From NCBI GenBank assembly GCA_002633005.1, contig NMRA01000046.1, positions 1,060,596-1,124,595 on the forward strand: 64,000 nt of DNA, read 5' to 3'. This document shows positions 42,201 to 52,290 of this stretch, one piece after another (the first letter of the stretch is position 1; each line of letters starts with the position of its first letter). Made by a program: the position numbers and the translations under genes. Below the pieces are notes generated by a model. It did not search any database. It saw only the letters and a list, made by a program, of their open reading frames with translations, and was not told the DNA's origin. Source of the stretch: Phoronis australis. Its lineage: Eukaryota; Animalia; Phoronida.

Positions 42201-45200
42201 TTCGCAAGTAAGTTTGACTCATGCACGATATAATAAACTAACTAAGCCACTGTCACCTAGGTACTTAACTATGTTATGTTGATTTCAAACAATCCTCTTT
42301 GTCCTCTGCTAATCCACTGGCATCTCATTTGAGTGAGTGATAAAAATAGGATTCAACTTAAAGCTTTTCACTGTGTCACGGAGTGAATGTTATAGTTCAT
42401 GGTGGGTGGTCTTTCCTTGCAGTTGTCACCTATCTCACCGAAAGTGTAGGCCACCTCTACAGATTTAGCAAACTTTTTAAGGAATTTTCAACTTTGATCC
42501 AAATTTATGAGTCTTGACGAGGGTTACAGAGCATTGTTTTGTGAAAGTCATTCTTAATGGCTATTAATAGGGCAAAGTCATTCTTAATGGCTATTAATAG
42601 GGCAAAGTCATTCTTAATGGCTATTAATAGGGCAAAGTCATTCTTAACGGCTATTAATAGGGCAAAGTCATTCTTAACGGCTATTAATAGGGCAAAGTCA
42701 TTCTTAATGGTTATTAATAGGGCAAAGTCATTCTTAATGGCTATTAATAGGGCAAAGTTGATTTTTCAGTATGACAAATTATTAGCAGGAGTATTAAAAA
42801 CCATAAAACATGAATGTTTAACCATTTATACATGTTGAGTAGTAGCATAAATGCTAAATATGTTGGTGTTACGATGTCCCTTCAAAAAATAAATTTTAGG
42901 GCAGTGTTGAGGACTCAAGTTAATATATGTATTGTTCTTAAAAGGATGTACATTACGACTCTAGTGAACATGTATTATTTTTAAAGCATGTACTTTACGT
43001 GGTTATGGTATAGCTAATAAGTTAAAGGGTTTTTTTGCTGGATGCTGATTTCTCTCTCACTAATATTTTCAGAATTGTTTGAAAAATAATGAGATGTTTA
43101 AGTCGAAACATGTTTTGATGTGTCCAACATACGTCCCCAGAAACAAAAGAAGGTCATTTAATAGGCCAGAACAGTGTGGAGTGTGCTATATGCAGTGTAA
43201 TGTCGCATGAAGAGAGAAGGGAAGAAATGTCTTTACTCGAACACTATTTTATTGCATACTGACTTACTACTGTGCAACAACATGTTTTTGCAATACATAA
43301 GACCAGATGATTATGAGTTGCATTTCATAGAACTGTGTGGCAAGAGTTATATAAGAAACCATTCTAATTAATTGTGCCATATAAGGTATGTAGTTCCAGT
43401 ACAAATCACAATTATATACTATTACATACAGCATCGTAGTAAGAGGCCATCTAACAAGGCCAGAGAAGAGTGAGAGAGAGAGCTATATACGGCATCTTAG
43501 AGGCCATGTAACAAGGCCAGAGAAGAGTGTGTGAGAGAGAGCTATATACAGCATCAAAATAAGACACCATGTACCAAGCAAGTTCAGACAAGAGTATGAG
43601 AGTGTGCTATATACAGCAACATAGTAAAAGGCCGTCTAACAAGGCCAGAACTGTGCGAGAGTGAGCTGTATACAGCATCGTAGTAAGAGGTCATCTGACA
43701 AGGACAGAGAAGAGATAGTGAGAGTGACCTATATACACCATCATAGTAAGAGGCCAAAGGCTAGAACAGTGGAGAGTGAGCTATGTACACCATCATAGTA
43801 AGAGGCCAAAGGCTAGAACAGTGTGAGAGTGAGCTATGTACAGCATCATAGTAAGAGGGCCAAGGCCAGAACAGTGAGAGAGCTTTATACAGCATCAAAG
43901 TAAGAGGCCATATACCAAGGCAAGACAAGAGTATGAGAGCGTGGTATATACAGCATCGTAGTAAAAGGCCATGTAACAAGGCCAGAACTGTGCGAGAGTG
44001 AGCTGTATACAGCATCGCAGTAAAAGGTCATCTGACAAGGCCAGAGAAGAGAAAGAGTGAGCTATATACACCATCATAATAAGAGGCCAAAGGCCAGAAC
44101 AGTGTGAGAGTGAGCTGTGTACAGCATGGTAGTAAGAGGCCAAAGGCCAGAATAGTGTGAGAGAGCTACATACGGCATCATAATAAGAGGCCAAAGGACA
44201 GAACAGTGAGAGAGAGCTACATACGACATCATATTAACAGGCCATCTAACAAGGCCAGAACAGTGAGAAAGAGAGAGCTATGTGTGATGCCTCATAATGT
44301 TTTTAAGGATGATGTTGGACACATTAAAACTTGCCAAGACTTAAACATCTCGTTATTTTTCTAAACATTATAAGTTATTTGTCTTAAATAGGACCAACTG
44401 TTTAAAAGCGTGTCAACCATTTTAGCAAAACTTAGTTGAGGCTGGCAGAAATATCCTTGGCTGAGTTTTATGTATTTCAATTTGAATGGTCAAAACCACG
44501 ACAATTCAATATAGACTTTTGCCATTGTCTGTAAAAGCAGATGGGAATAGTAATATTGGAAAATGTCTCTTGTTTTAAAAATGTATTTCACATTAAGGGT
44601 ATTTATTCTAATTTATTATAGAATTGTCTGTCTCAAAATCTTTGCTAAGGACAACCCTAAATCGGAATTCAACATGCCTACGTGTATTGTGGAGCTCACT
44701 TTTCTACAAACCCTTTGCTGGCATGTATTCAGTTTATCACAATTTTGTAGTTTGGTGGAACTTTGAATGACTAACATCAGTTGTATCTTGAATGTCTAAC
44801 AACAGTTGCGTTGTAATCTTTGTTGCTTCCAGCTTCGTTTATTTGCTCTTATGGTTTCTTGAGGGAAACGAAAAGTGTTAAGTATTCAAAAAATCTTGTG
44901 CCAAACAAAATTGGTGTGTCAAAGTATCCCATTTTCATACAGATTGCTTCTGTGTGACAGGCTGCACTAAAATTGCATGACGATGAAATAGCATGTTAGC
45001 ACAATGGTTCAGATATCCAGTGTGTATATCTGAGAAGACATATACCTGAGCAGTTGTGTTAGGCGAGTCTCAGTACTGCTTCTGTTTCCCTCGTGAAACA
45101 GTTCAGCATATCCAGCAGTTACTTGTTGTGTTGATTACGTGCTGTTGTTCTGCTCATTTTCAGATTGGTTGTTCATCGTTGGAACCATGTCAAGTTGTTT

Positions 45201-48200
45201 AACTGGATTGGGTTTGCTGAATTTTTACTTCCAGTCAATGTTCTTGATATTGTCTACACTCAAACTTTATGCTGGTAATTTTTAAATTTTAAATTGGAAA
45301 TGCTTTTGTGCACTGTTTTTATGCAAAGGGCAATATCTTGTCCATAATTAGTTAGATTTTTTTACTCTCATTTGAGTTACATAATATGTTAGGTCAACAC
45401 GCACATTGTTTGCTGTGCCTCACTGTATTTAATTTTGTCTAAGTCAGAGGCCACTGTAGGCCATTCCTTTCTGCATTTGCTGAGTTATTATTGTTTAGTG
45501 AGGACATGTGCTGCAAAACATCCATGATCATCAGATTGGGAATTAAAGTCGAAGGCAACCTTTTTTCATATCATTTTTAGCAACAATAAGGTTCGTTGAT
45601 TATCCCAGACATATTTTTCACTTATTTACTGATTTTCGTAATTTAATTAATAACTCGTCGTCTACTCCGGAAGTAACGTTTTGGGAGGCAAGAATTGCGT
45701 GCCAATTTCTTTTCATATAGTCTGACTGTGAGAGCAGTCGAGTCACTCATTGTTCTACCTCGGTTGTGATAAGTTCAGTCGTCGTTTGCTTTTGCTTACG
45801 AGTCAGTCAACGTGCCACGCTGTTGCTGCATACTGGGGTGTACTCATTATCGTCTCGGGTACAGAGGAAGAGCTGTCCCACTTGCCCGAGTGTCCCGCGA
45901 CACACTCCCACTGGAGGGTGATCTGAGCACCAAACTGCTTACATCCCGCCATATGACTTCCTCGCCACACACCTGGCACCTTCCAAATAGCTCCAATACA
46001 AGTCCACAATAAACTTATCAAACTTAGGCTCACCGATCTGTTCATTGGATGACTAACTGCCCTCTCTGGGTGTCGAACTGGGCCTGTATTCACTCCCACT
46101 ACTCAACATCGCTGCAGGGCTGCTTACAGGCTCTGGGCTAGAGACAACAGCACAGGGCGAATCACTGCTAGTTCCCGGAATTGCAGGCAATGGGGTACGT
46201 TCGGAGGCACGGGTGACAGTAGATGAAGTGCCTCCAGTCACTGTATATAGTGGCCACAGCTCGCGAGGCTTCTCGCTTCAAAAACGCACTTCTCGGGGTT
46301 GGCGACGGGGCACTGCCGGGAATCAACAGCGACGTCATGGTACCCTTCTTCAGGCGTTGTTTCGCAGGGAGCTTCATCAATTCAGCATACATATCTGTCA
46401 TAACCTGACGGCAGAAAATGCTTGCCACATACTCGGTAACCCTCCATTGCTTTGTACGTTGTGTGGACGGCTAGCGCTGCGTTCTTCACATGAACCAGCT
46501 AGCCAAGTACGGCGAAGTGTGTCATCCTTCCGAATGCGACGCAAGATACCCAAAGCGCGTGTGAGATGATAATGAGTACATCCCGGCACACAGCAACAGC
46601 GTGGCATGTTGACTGACTTGTAAACAAAAGCAAACGACGACCGAACTTATTACAAACGAGGTAGAACAATGACTGACTCGACAGCTCTCACAGTCGGCCT
46701 ATGATGAAAAGAAATTGACGCGAAACTCTTGCCTCCCAAAACGTCACTTCCGGAGTAGATGATGAAAAATTAATCAAATTACGAAAAGCTGTAATTAAGT
46801 GAAAAATATGTCTGGGATAATCAACGAACCGTATTTTTGCTAAAAGTGGCATGAAAAAAGGTTGCCTTAGCCTTTAATCAATAAGTGTATGTTGTTTTGT
46901 GTTATGGCAGGATAAGTAATGTTGCAACTTTAGAGTTGTAAATAAATTGCTTGCACTCTATCATTTTTGAAAATATAGCTCTCAGATATTTGAATAAGTG
47001 AATTTAAAGACTCACCAAAAGTGCAACTTCTTTTTAAACACACCCCTTTGCTTGCCTCCTGATTTTACAAACATAATTCAGGTATAAGATGTATTTTTAT
47101 GCTTATGCACTGGTTGATGATGTTACAATCATCTGTTTCACTGTGTATATGACATGAGTGGTTTTTTACTTCTTATAATATGAATGCTTCATATTTATAA
47201 ATAGTTTTTTTTATATTGCAAGTCTTTATCATTTCAGGGTGGGTGCCTTTTACAGTCCTCTAATTCCCGTAATTACTCTGCTGAAGGTGTTCCTGATATT
47301 TTATTTAAAAAAGGTTTGTTTAGCCGCACATATCACCTATATGTGTAGCTGCTCGTATATTTGGAATTAGGCACATACATACATATGTTATAGTTGAGTA
47401 ACACCGAGAAGCAAGTCTCTGAAATATTGTGTGATTGAAGCTTCATATATCCATTATTAATTCGTAAAAAGTGACATGCATTAAATTTAACACAACTGTT
47501 TTGATGAAAAGTATTTAGAAATAACTGTGAATATTCGAAACATTCACCTTTTTGCTTAGCACTTGAGTATAAATATTTTTCTTTGAAATGTGCTCAATTT
47601 CAGATATAAGTGCATGAGTCTAAATGTGTGCAAATACGATAATTTAGAAGGTAATGTTTTACTGGTCATTGAGTTCCAAGTATGGCTCCAGGCATACGTC
47701 AGAGTAGTCTGGTGCCCACCTCCACTAGCACCTGCTTGGCGACCTCGTCGGGTTTACTAAAAATCTTTGAAAGTCATGTGACATTGAAAAATTGTAATTT
47801 ATGAGGTCAGAAGTTGAAAAGTTAAGCCCTGATTTTTAATAGAGTGCAATAACTTTTTTCATGGTATGCTGCCTTGTCATATTCTTGGGAAACGTTATTC
47901 ATAATGTAGTAGTTCTGTTTATTTTGTAAACAGTAAATATAGCTGAACTAAGAGTGTAAAAGATATCCTGCTTACAAAACAGTGAACCTTGAACATATCA
48001 AGCACCTAATCAGAGTTGTGTCTGTTTTAGTGGTCTCTGTTGATCAATCAGAAACCATCCAAGCGCCCCTACCGAGCCTCCAGCAGTTATCTCTTCTTCA
48101 CGGTGATTCTTATACTGGCATTTGCTGGCAGTGCCCTCCCTGTTGGTTGGGCTGTTGGTAGAATAAAGCCATCTCAGTCGTGTGGACCATTCCGAATCTA

Positions 48201-51200
48201 CAGCGAGGACAACTTCTTCATGTTTCTCACCTTGACTAACACAGTCTTGTCTTGGCCTGATGTACCTCAGGCAATCTTTACTACAATTGGCTCAGCTGCT
48301 GTCTATATACCATTGACCGTCATTCTGCTGTAAGTAGTCTATTAGTGTTTTTGCTGAAAAGAAATGTTAGCAAGTTTGTGAAATGTTTAAAATTTCAGTA
48401 CACCTAGTTTTATAATTTCACAGGCCTTTCTTCAGGGTGTCCCAAAAATGTTGTCCCATTTCCAGTGAGGATAACTGTGTTGTTTATGCACTTAATATGG
48501 CAACAACATTACTGGTGTTGTTCCATAAAGAGATAGTCAAACACGATTTGAGACTTTAAACCAAAATGCACCTATTATCTATTAACTTGTGAAGAATTTG
48601 CATTGCTTTGAAATAATTAACAAGTTTCCTGTATCATTGCATGGTATGAGTTGTTTGTTTGCAATTTTCATGCATACAGAGCAGTGTTGTCATCTTCAGT
48701 TTGCTCCCGTTCGAATTTGTTTCAAATGACCTTGAAAATTCTAGCTGTAGGTCAGAGAGAATGTAGACGTAGCCTTAGATCACATGTTCAGAGAAAAGTT
48801 GATGTAGGCTTAGATCTCAGGTTCACACCCTTTTTATGTGCCCTCAAAAAATCTGTGGTGGCATGTTGTCAGCGTGCCGTCTGGTGTCTGTCATTACCTT
48901 TGCATGTCCGTGGAGTTTTTCAAAAACTGCTTGATGGATCATCATGAAATTTGGCACTAAGTTATATAACAGGGTTTGCCAACACCAGTCAGGTGTTTGA
49001 TGGATTTGATCACCATGGCTCACCCTGTTGACATTTTTGTATTTTGGCAAGAAATTTTCCTTATCCGTCAATTTTTCGGGGAACCACATGATGAATTTTG
49101 CCGGAACTTGTTGTAGAGGTAAATCATGGCATAACATAGAGATATACAGCATGGATCGGGTGTTGACAGCAGTCGATTTTCACACAGATTTTACTGCAAT
49201 AGCACCTTTGTTGGCTAGTTTAGTATTTGGCTGGATTTTTCTTGTTCTTTGATTATTGTCAAAGTGGCTTGCCAGGTTTCAAGTTTATTTTCGAGGGGGG
49301 AATTGGACTACTATAGCCTCCCTGTTTAGATTTTGACAAGATAATGCTTGTCCTTTGATTATTGTCAAGTCTGTCTCACAGGTTTTGATGAAACTTGACA
49401 AGAATTTATTACTGGGACATTTTAGCAGCAGTAGATTATCGGACAAATCGGCCCACTGCAGTGCCTCTGTAGCTTCACGGTAGCTCCACTGTAGCTCCAC
49501 TGTAGCTCCACTGTAGCTCCTCTGTAGCTCCTCTGTAGCTCCTCTGTAGCTCCTCTGTAGCTCCTCTCTAATTCCTGTTTAACTCTACTGTAGCTCCTCT
49601 GTAGATCCACTGTAGCTCCTCTGTAGCTCCACTGTAGCTCCACTGTAGCTCCTCTGTAGCTCCTCTGTAGCTCCTCTGTAGCTCCTCTGTAGCTCCTCTG
49701 TAGCTCCTGTGTAGCTCCTGTGTAGCTCCACTGTAGCTCCTCTGTGGCTCCTCTGTGGCTCCTCTGTGGCTCCTGTGTAGCTCCTCTGTAGCTCCACTGT
49801 AGCTCCTCTGTAGCTCCACTGTAGCTCTGCTGTAGCTCCACTGTAGCTCCTCTGTAACTCCTCTGTATCTCCTCTCTAACTCCTCTCTAACTCCTCTGTA
49901 TCTCCTCTCTAACTCCACTGTAGCTCCTCTGTATCTCCTCTGTATCTCCTCTGTAGCTCCTCTGTAGCTCCTCTGTTCCTCTGTACCCCATTTTAAATGT
50001 TGAAAAGCTATTGATTGTCATTTGTAATTGTCAAAATGAATTGATATTTTTATGGACCTTGACATAGTTGTGTTGTACATTTCCAGTTACGGGCAAATTA
50101 GTCTATTACCTAATAATAAATTATGTACACTGCTAGAAGCATACTGTTTGTGGTGCAGTACACATTTTAACGCCTTGCATAGCTTTGTGAGTAATACTTA
50201 CTGAATTTTTAAAATATTTGCCTTACATGTGCTGCATTCAGACATGGTCTAAAAGCAAAAAAAATGAAATTTGAGGAGAAGCTCTTGCAAACAGAACTAC
50301 AGTAAAAGTTCTGTTCAGACAATATGGCAGACAGTTGAAACTTTTATTTGTCAACATTGATAAGCTCTAAGAAAGTTTGATGCTGTTGTTAGCACAGTTT
50401 GTGTAGATTTGTTGAGTTTGAGCTGTCATATGTGCAACATATTGAGTCTTTAAAAAGACTAAGCTATGCAACATTTTGAGACAGTTATCACTACTACTCT
50501 TTACGAAAAGTAGGTACAAGAGACAGTCTGAACATTAACTATTTTTGTTTACCATTTATCTCCATCCAAGAATAATGCCCTATGCACTGGTTACATAATG
50601 CCATATGCAGTGGTTACATAATGCTATATTTACAGGTTACATAATGCCACATGCACTGGTTACATAATGCTATTTGCAGTGATTACATAATGTTATATGC
50701 TGTGGTTACATATTGCTTTATGCACTGGTTACATAATGCTATATTTACTGGTTACATAATGTCATATGCACTGGTTACATAATGCTATATTTACTGGTTA
50801 CCTAATGCCATATGCACTGGTTACATAATGCCATATTTATTGGTTACATGATGCCATATGCACTGGTTACATAATGCCATATGCAGTGGTTACATATTGT
50901 CATATTTACTGGTTACTTAATGTCATAAGCACTGGTTACATAATGCCATATGCACTGGTTACATAATGCCATATGCAGTGGTTACATAATGCTATATTTA
51001 CTGGTTACATAATGTCATAGGCAGTGGTTACATAATGCCATATTTACTGGTTACATAATGCCATATGCACTGGTTACATAATGCCATGTGCAGTGGTTAC
51101 ATAATGCTATATTTACTAGTTACATAATGCCATATGCACTGGTTACATAATGCCATATGCACTGGTTACATAATGCTATATACCGTGGTTACATAACATT

Positions 51201-51506
51201 AGCTCCATTGATAACTTTATCTGTATTTAAATGATCAATTCCAACCAAAAATATGACGATATTGTGCAAGCTTTAAATGGCATCTGCAACAGATTATCAT
51301 GCTCCGCATCGTTGATGGGAATGTTATAGTAACAGCCTGATTCTTTTATTTGTTACAGGTTGTTAATCTTTTATTACTCAGCAGTGGCATCGGGTCATAA
51401 GAAGATGATCAAGTTGTTAGAATCACAACTTGGATTGGAGGGCAAAGACAAACAGTTCTTGTTATCCAGAGTGAACCATGCGCTGAAGAAGAAAGGGCGA
51501 GTGTAG
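12082..51506 (+). CDS. TMC7: TMC7/TMC5-like transmembrane channel-like protein (multi-exon; about 907 aa for the isoform starting at 22512 and using exon 45164-45274)
   Basis: Shared exons: 24224-24296, 25160-25241, 26057-26224, 29977-30173, 30659-30816, 31296-31443, 31753-31914, 34833-34993, 35636-35765, 42113-42207, 45164-45274 (or 44622-44720), 47238-47313, 48031-48329, 51359-51506 (TAG at 51504-51506). Boundaries are AG/GT except the GC donor of 44622-44720, and phases are compatible. Motifs LEIWGGSFKEIEGHFGTG, GWMERTILFYGFY, NKVFCGWDY, CWETYIGQQIYKL, PYRAS, PSQSCGPF and LEGKDKQFL are TMC-family hallmarks. The TMC7 subfamily call rests on recalled similarity. Confidence 0.93.
12568..12657 (+). 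pseudogene. THAP-domain C-terminal relic (transposon-derived)
   Basis: RV*GKH..NDMKVPAKHALKKDGIPAVFP, similar to the THAP at 46330-46607. Confidence 0.5.
13727..15437. mobile_element. Non-autonomous Tc1/mariner-pogo-type element, copy 1 (contains N gap 14130-14497)
   Basis: TA|CCGTAATCGTTCGGG ... CCCGAACGATTACGG|TA; subterminal TTAA(C/G)CGCCC repeats. Confidence 0.88.
15500..15594 (+). CDS. TMC N-terminus A, exon ADFTSETEREAWERLQDVKNLTTSLDQKRKYR
   Basis: Acceptor cttttaaag|, donor cag|gttcat, phase 0 to 2, fitting exons 12082-12293 and 24224. It resembles the TMC pre-TM1 helix (e.g. LRNYALNISEKRRLR). Confidence 0.78.
19180..19240 (-). mobile_element. Degenerate tRNA-derived SINE head
   Basis: Minus strand TAGCCGAATAGTTAGAAC...GGTTTGATTCCCGG resembles Pol III A/B boxes; no complete cloverleaf. 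Confidence 0.35.
22512..23227 (+). CDS. TMC N-terminus B: large first coding exon (238 aa, His/Gln/Asn-rich, likely disordered)
   Basis: Acceptor ttccag| at 22496, in-frame TAA at 22506 upstream of ATG 22512, long open frame, donor tacag|gtataa in phase 2 matching exon 24224. Confidence 0.85.
23628..23858. mobile_element. Second copy (opposite orientation) of the 7156 MITE family
   Basis: TIR GGGCCCATTCCAA / TTGGATTGGGCCC, AAG TSD; internal sequence is the reverse complement of 7156-7424. Confidence 0.8.
24224..24296 (+). CDS. TMC first shared exon (RSNLMKAQVTGGGDELDALKYKSTK)
   Basis: aatag|G...AAG|gtgagg; phase 2 to 0. Confidence 0.85.
25160..25241 (+). CDS. TMC exon (AYRNLKVKTNEFLSHLEIWGGSFKEIEG)
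   Basis: tgtag|...GAAG|gtaagc; conserved LELW...IEG motif. Confidence 0.92.
26057..26224 (+). CDS. TMC exon, TM1 (GHFGTGVLQFFRFVK...)
   Basis: ttgcag|...GCAG|gtatct; conserved FGTG..F.F motif. Confidence 0.93.
26768..28448. repeat. ~640-bp direct duplication (26768-27401 and 27807-28448) around a single N at 27803
   Basis: Near-identical copies with scattered SNPs. Confidence 0.85.
29579..29815. repeat. 28-bp minisatellite x~8
   Basis: aatactgctgtttactgccccatacaac. Confidence 0.92.
29977..30173 (+). CDS. TMC exon, extracellular loop ending DFLQGT
   Basis: tttcag|...ACA|gtaagt; phase 1 to 0. Confidence 0.9.
30659..30816 (+). CDS. TMC exon (GWMERTILFYGFY...NMPLAF, TM2)
   Basis: ctgtag|...AATAG|gtaaca. 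Confidence 0.93.
31296..31443 (+). CDS. TMC exon (NFCNKVFCGWDY)
   Basis: atcag|...GAG|gtaaaa. Confidence 0.93.
31753..31914 (+). CDS. TMC exon (DLAEEKRK...IRIAINLLV, TM3)
   Basis: ttttcag|...GTG|gttagt. Confidence 0.92.
31944..32068. repeat. 30-bp minisatellite x4
   Basis: ccttcttcacatttacaatgagcacgtcta variants. Confidence 0.85.
34522..34635. repeat. 19-bp tandem repeat x6
   Basis: catgcacgtattgaggtct. Confidence 0.92.
34833..34993 (+). CDS. TMC exon (FLPSLTIT...YEQYSPEFEI, TM4)
   Basis: ctttcag|...CAG|gtagga. Confidence 0.93.
35636..35765 (+). CDS. TMC exon (RIVFVRLASL, TM5, plus Cys loop)
   Basis: ttccag|...GGG|gtgagt. Confidence 0.92.
37749..40153. mobile_element. Non-autonomous Tc1/mariner-pogo-type element, copy 2 (2.4 kb, inverted relative to copy 1)
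   Basis: Same TIRs, TA TSD; high identity to the reverse complement of 13727-15437. Confidence 0.9.
41963..42128. repeat. 33-bp tandem repeat x5 spanning an intron/exon boundary
   Basis: attttgaatgtttcag|tgctgggagacctaca repeated. Confidence 0.95.
42113..42207 (+). CDS. TMC signature exon CWETYIGQQIYKLVILDFLVHVGVTIVELIRK (TM6)
   Basis: CWET TMC signature; donor CAA|gtaagt; the acceptor is the last unit of a 33-bp tandem repeat. Confidence 0.93.
42544..42757. repeat. 30-bp minisatellite x7
   Basis: aaagtcattcttaatggctattaatagggc. Confidence 0.93.
43075..44368. mobile_element. TIR-bounded element enclosing a ~55-62-bp minisatellite (43420-44283)
   Basis: 43075-43130 is the approximate reverse complement of 44310-44368; internal repeats of cagcatcatagtaagaggcc...ggccagaacagtgtgagagtgagctat. 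Confidence 0.6.
44622..44720 (+). CDS. Alternative (mutually exclusive) TM7 exon A: IVCLKIFAKDNPKSEFNMPTCIVELTFLQTLCW
   Basis: Acceptor tattatag|, 99 nt, phase 2/2, no stops. It ends QTLC-TG exactly like exon B; the donor is TG|gcatgt (GC). Confidence 0.65.
45164..45274 (+). CDS. Canonical TM7 exon B: LVVHRWNHVKLFNWIGFAEFLLPVNVLDIVYTQTLCW
   Basis: ttttcag|...CTG|gtaatt, 111 nt, phase 2/2; matches the TMC EF..P.NVL.IVY.QT.CW motif. Confidence 0.92.
45547..46873. mobile_element. Kolobok-like element with ~310-bp TIRs and decayed THAP domain
   Basis: TTAA TSD both sides, AG...CT termini. Minus strand reads MPRCCCVPGC...DDTLRRTWL...YRVCGKHF...RLKKG across frameshifts. Confidence 0.82.
47238..47313 (+). 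CDS. TMC exon (VGAFYSPLIP...FYLKK, TM8)
   Basis: tttcag|...AAG|gtttgt. Confidence 0.93.
48031..48329 (+). CDS. TMC exon (PYRASSS, TM9, PSQSCGPF)
   Basis: ttttag|...CT|gtaagt; overlaps ORF 48040-48333. Confidence 0.94.
49465..49985. repeat. 11-bp satellite
   Basis: tgtagctcctc / tgtagctccac. Confidence 0.93.
50573..51198. repeat. 23-bp minisatellite x~27
   Basis: ggttacataatgccatatgcact. Confidence 0.93.
51359..51506 (+). CDS. TMC terminal coding exon (...LESQLGLEGKDKQFLLSRVNHALKKKGRV*)
   Basis: ttacag| acceptor; conserved EGKDK.FL; TAG stop. Confidence 0.93.
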
Positions 51507-52284
51507 CTCTGGAACAGGTCTGGTACATGTAGCTTTATAATTGCTTGGTCACCGTATTGTGTGACATGGACGACCACTTAACTCTAGGAATGGTGAGCAT
51601 CTAATGAATTAACATTGATCAGTTTTTGTTGTAGTTTATAGGTCTTAAACCAAGCAGTATTGTATGAGCACAGGCAGCGTACCATTGGGGGCTGGGGGGT
51701 AGTCCCCCACTGTTTTCAGTGCTGCACCGCCCATTGTCTATAGGCGATGCACCACAGGGGGGCTGGGGGGGATAAAGCCCCTCACTTACCATTGCTGGGC
51801 CGCCCATGATGAGCAGCCTGTTGCTAGTGTATTGTCTTAAGTTACATTTGCCCAGAGTAATATTGGAGGCTCTGCTGAAAGCAGTGAACGTTGATTAGCT
51901 TTTCTTGTAGTTTGCAGTTCTTGAAACCAAGCAACATTGTATGAACACCTTGTTAGTTGTGCAAATTCTTGCAAGTTACATTTGCAGAGAGTAATACTTG
52001 GGTTCTGCTGAAAGGGTAGTTAATAATACCTGAAGTGTAGTATTGAGATGAAGAAACTTTATTTTCTGTTTTGACCATTGTTATTTGTCGATTGCTGGTC
52101 TCAAATGTTTGTATTTAACATATGGTTGAATTATTTAAATGTTTATTGAATGTTTCATATCACAAGCCACTAACAACATGTTTGTAACGGGTTATACTTC
52201 CTTTGAATGTTCTTTGTGACTTTAAAAATGGTTGTGACAGATTTTGTAATCATTCTACTAAATGTAAAATTACAAAGAAAGATG

Positions 52285-52290
52285 AATAAA
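52285..52290 (+). terminator. Candidate polyadenylation signal of the TMC gene
   Basis: AATAAA about 780 nt after the stop, followed by a T/GT-rich tract. Confidence 0.5.

Noticed and set aside
41963-44283. CRISPR-like appearance of the regular repeats
   Set aside because: Units are head-to-tail with no unique spacers, there are no cas genes, and the context is eukaryotic.
44833-44960. Third TM7-like exon after the acceptor ttccag at 44832
   Set aside because: The phase-2 frame stops after about 15 codons and has no EF/QTLCW anchors.
49285-49918. Repetitive ORFs (ELQRSYRGAT)
   Set aside because: They are translations of an 11-bp satellite.
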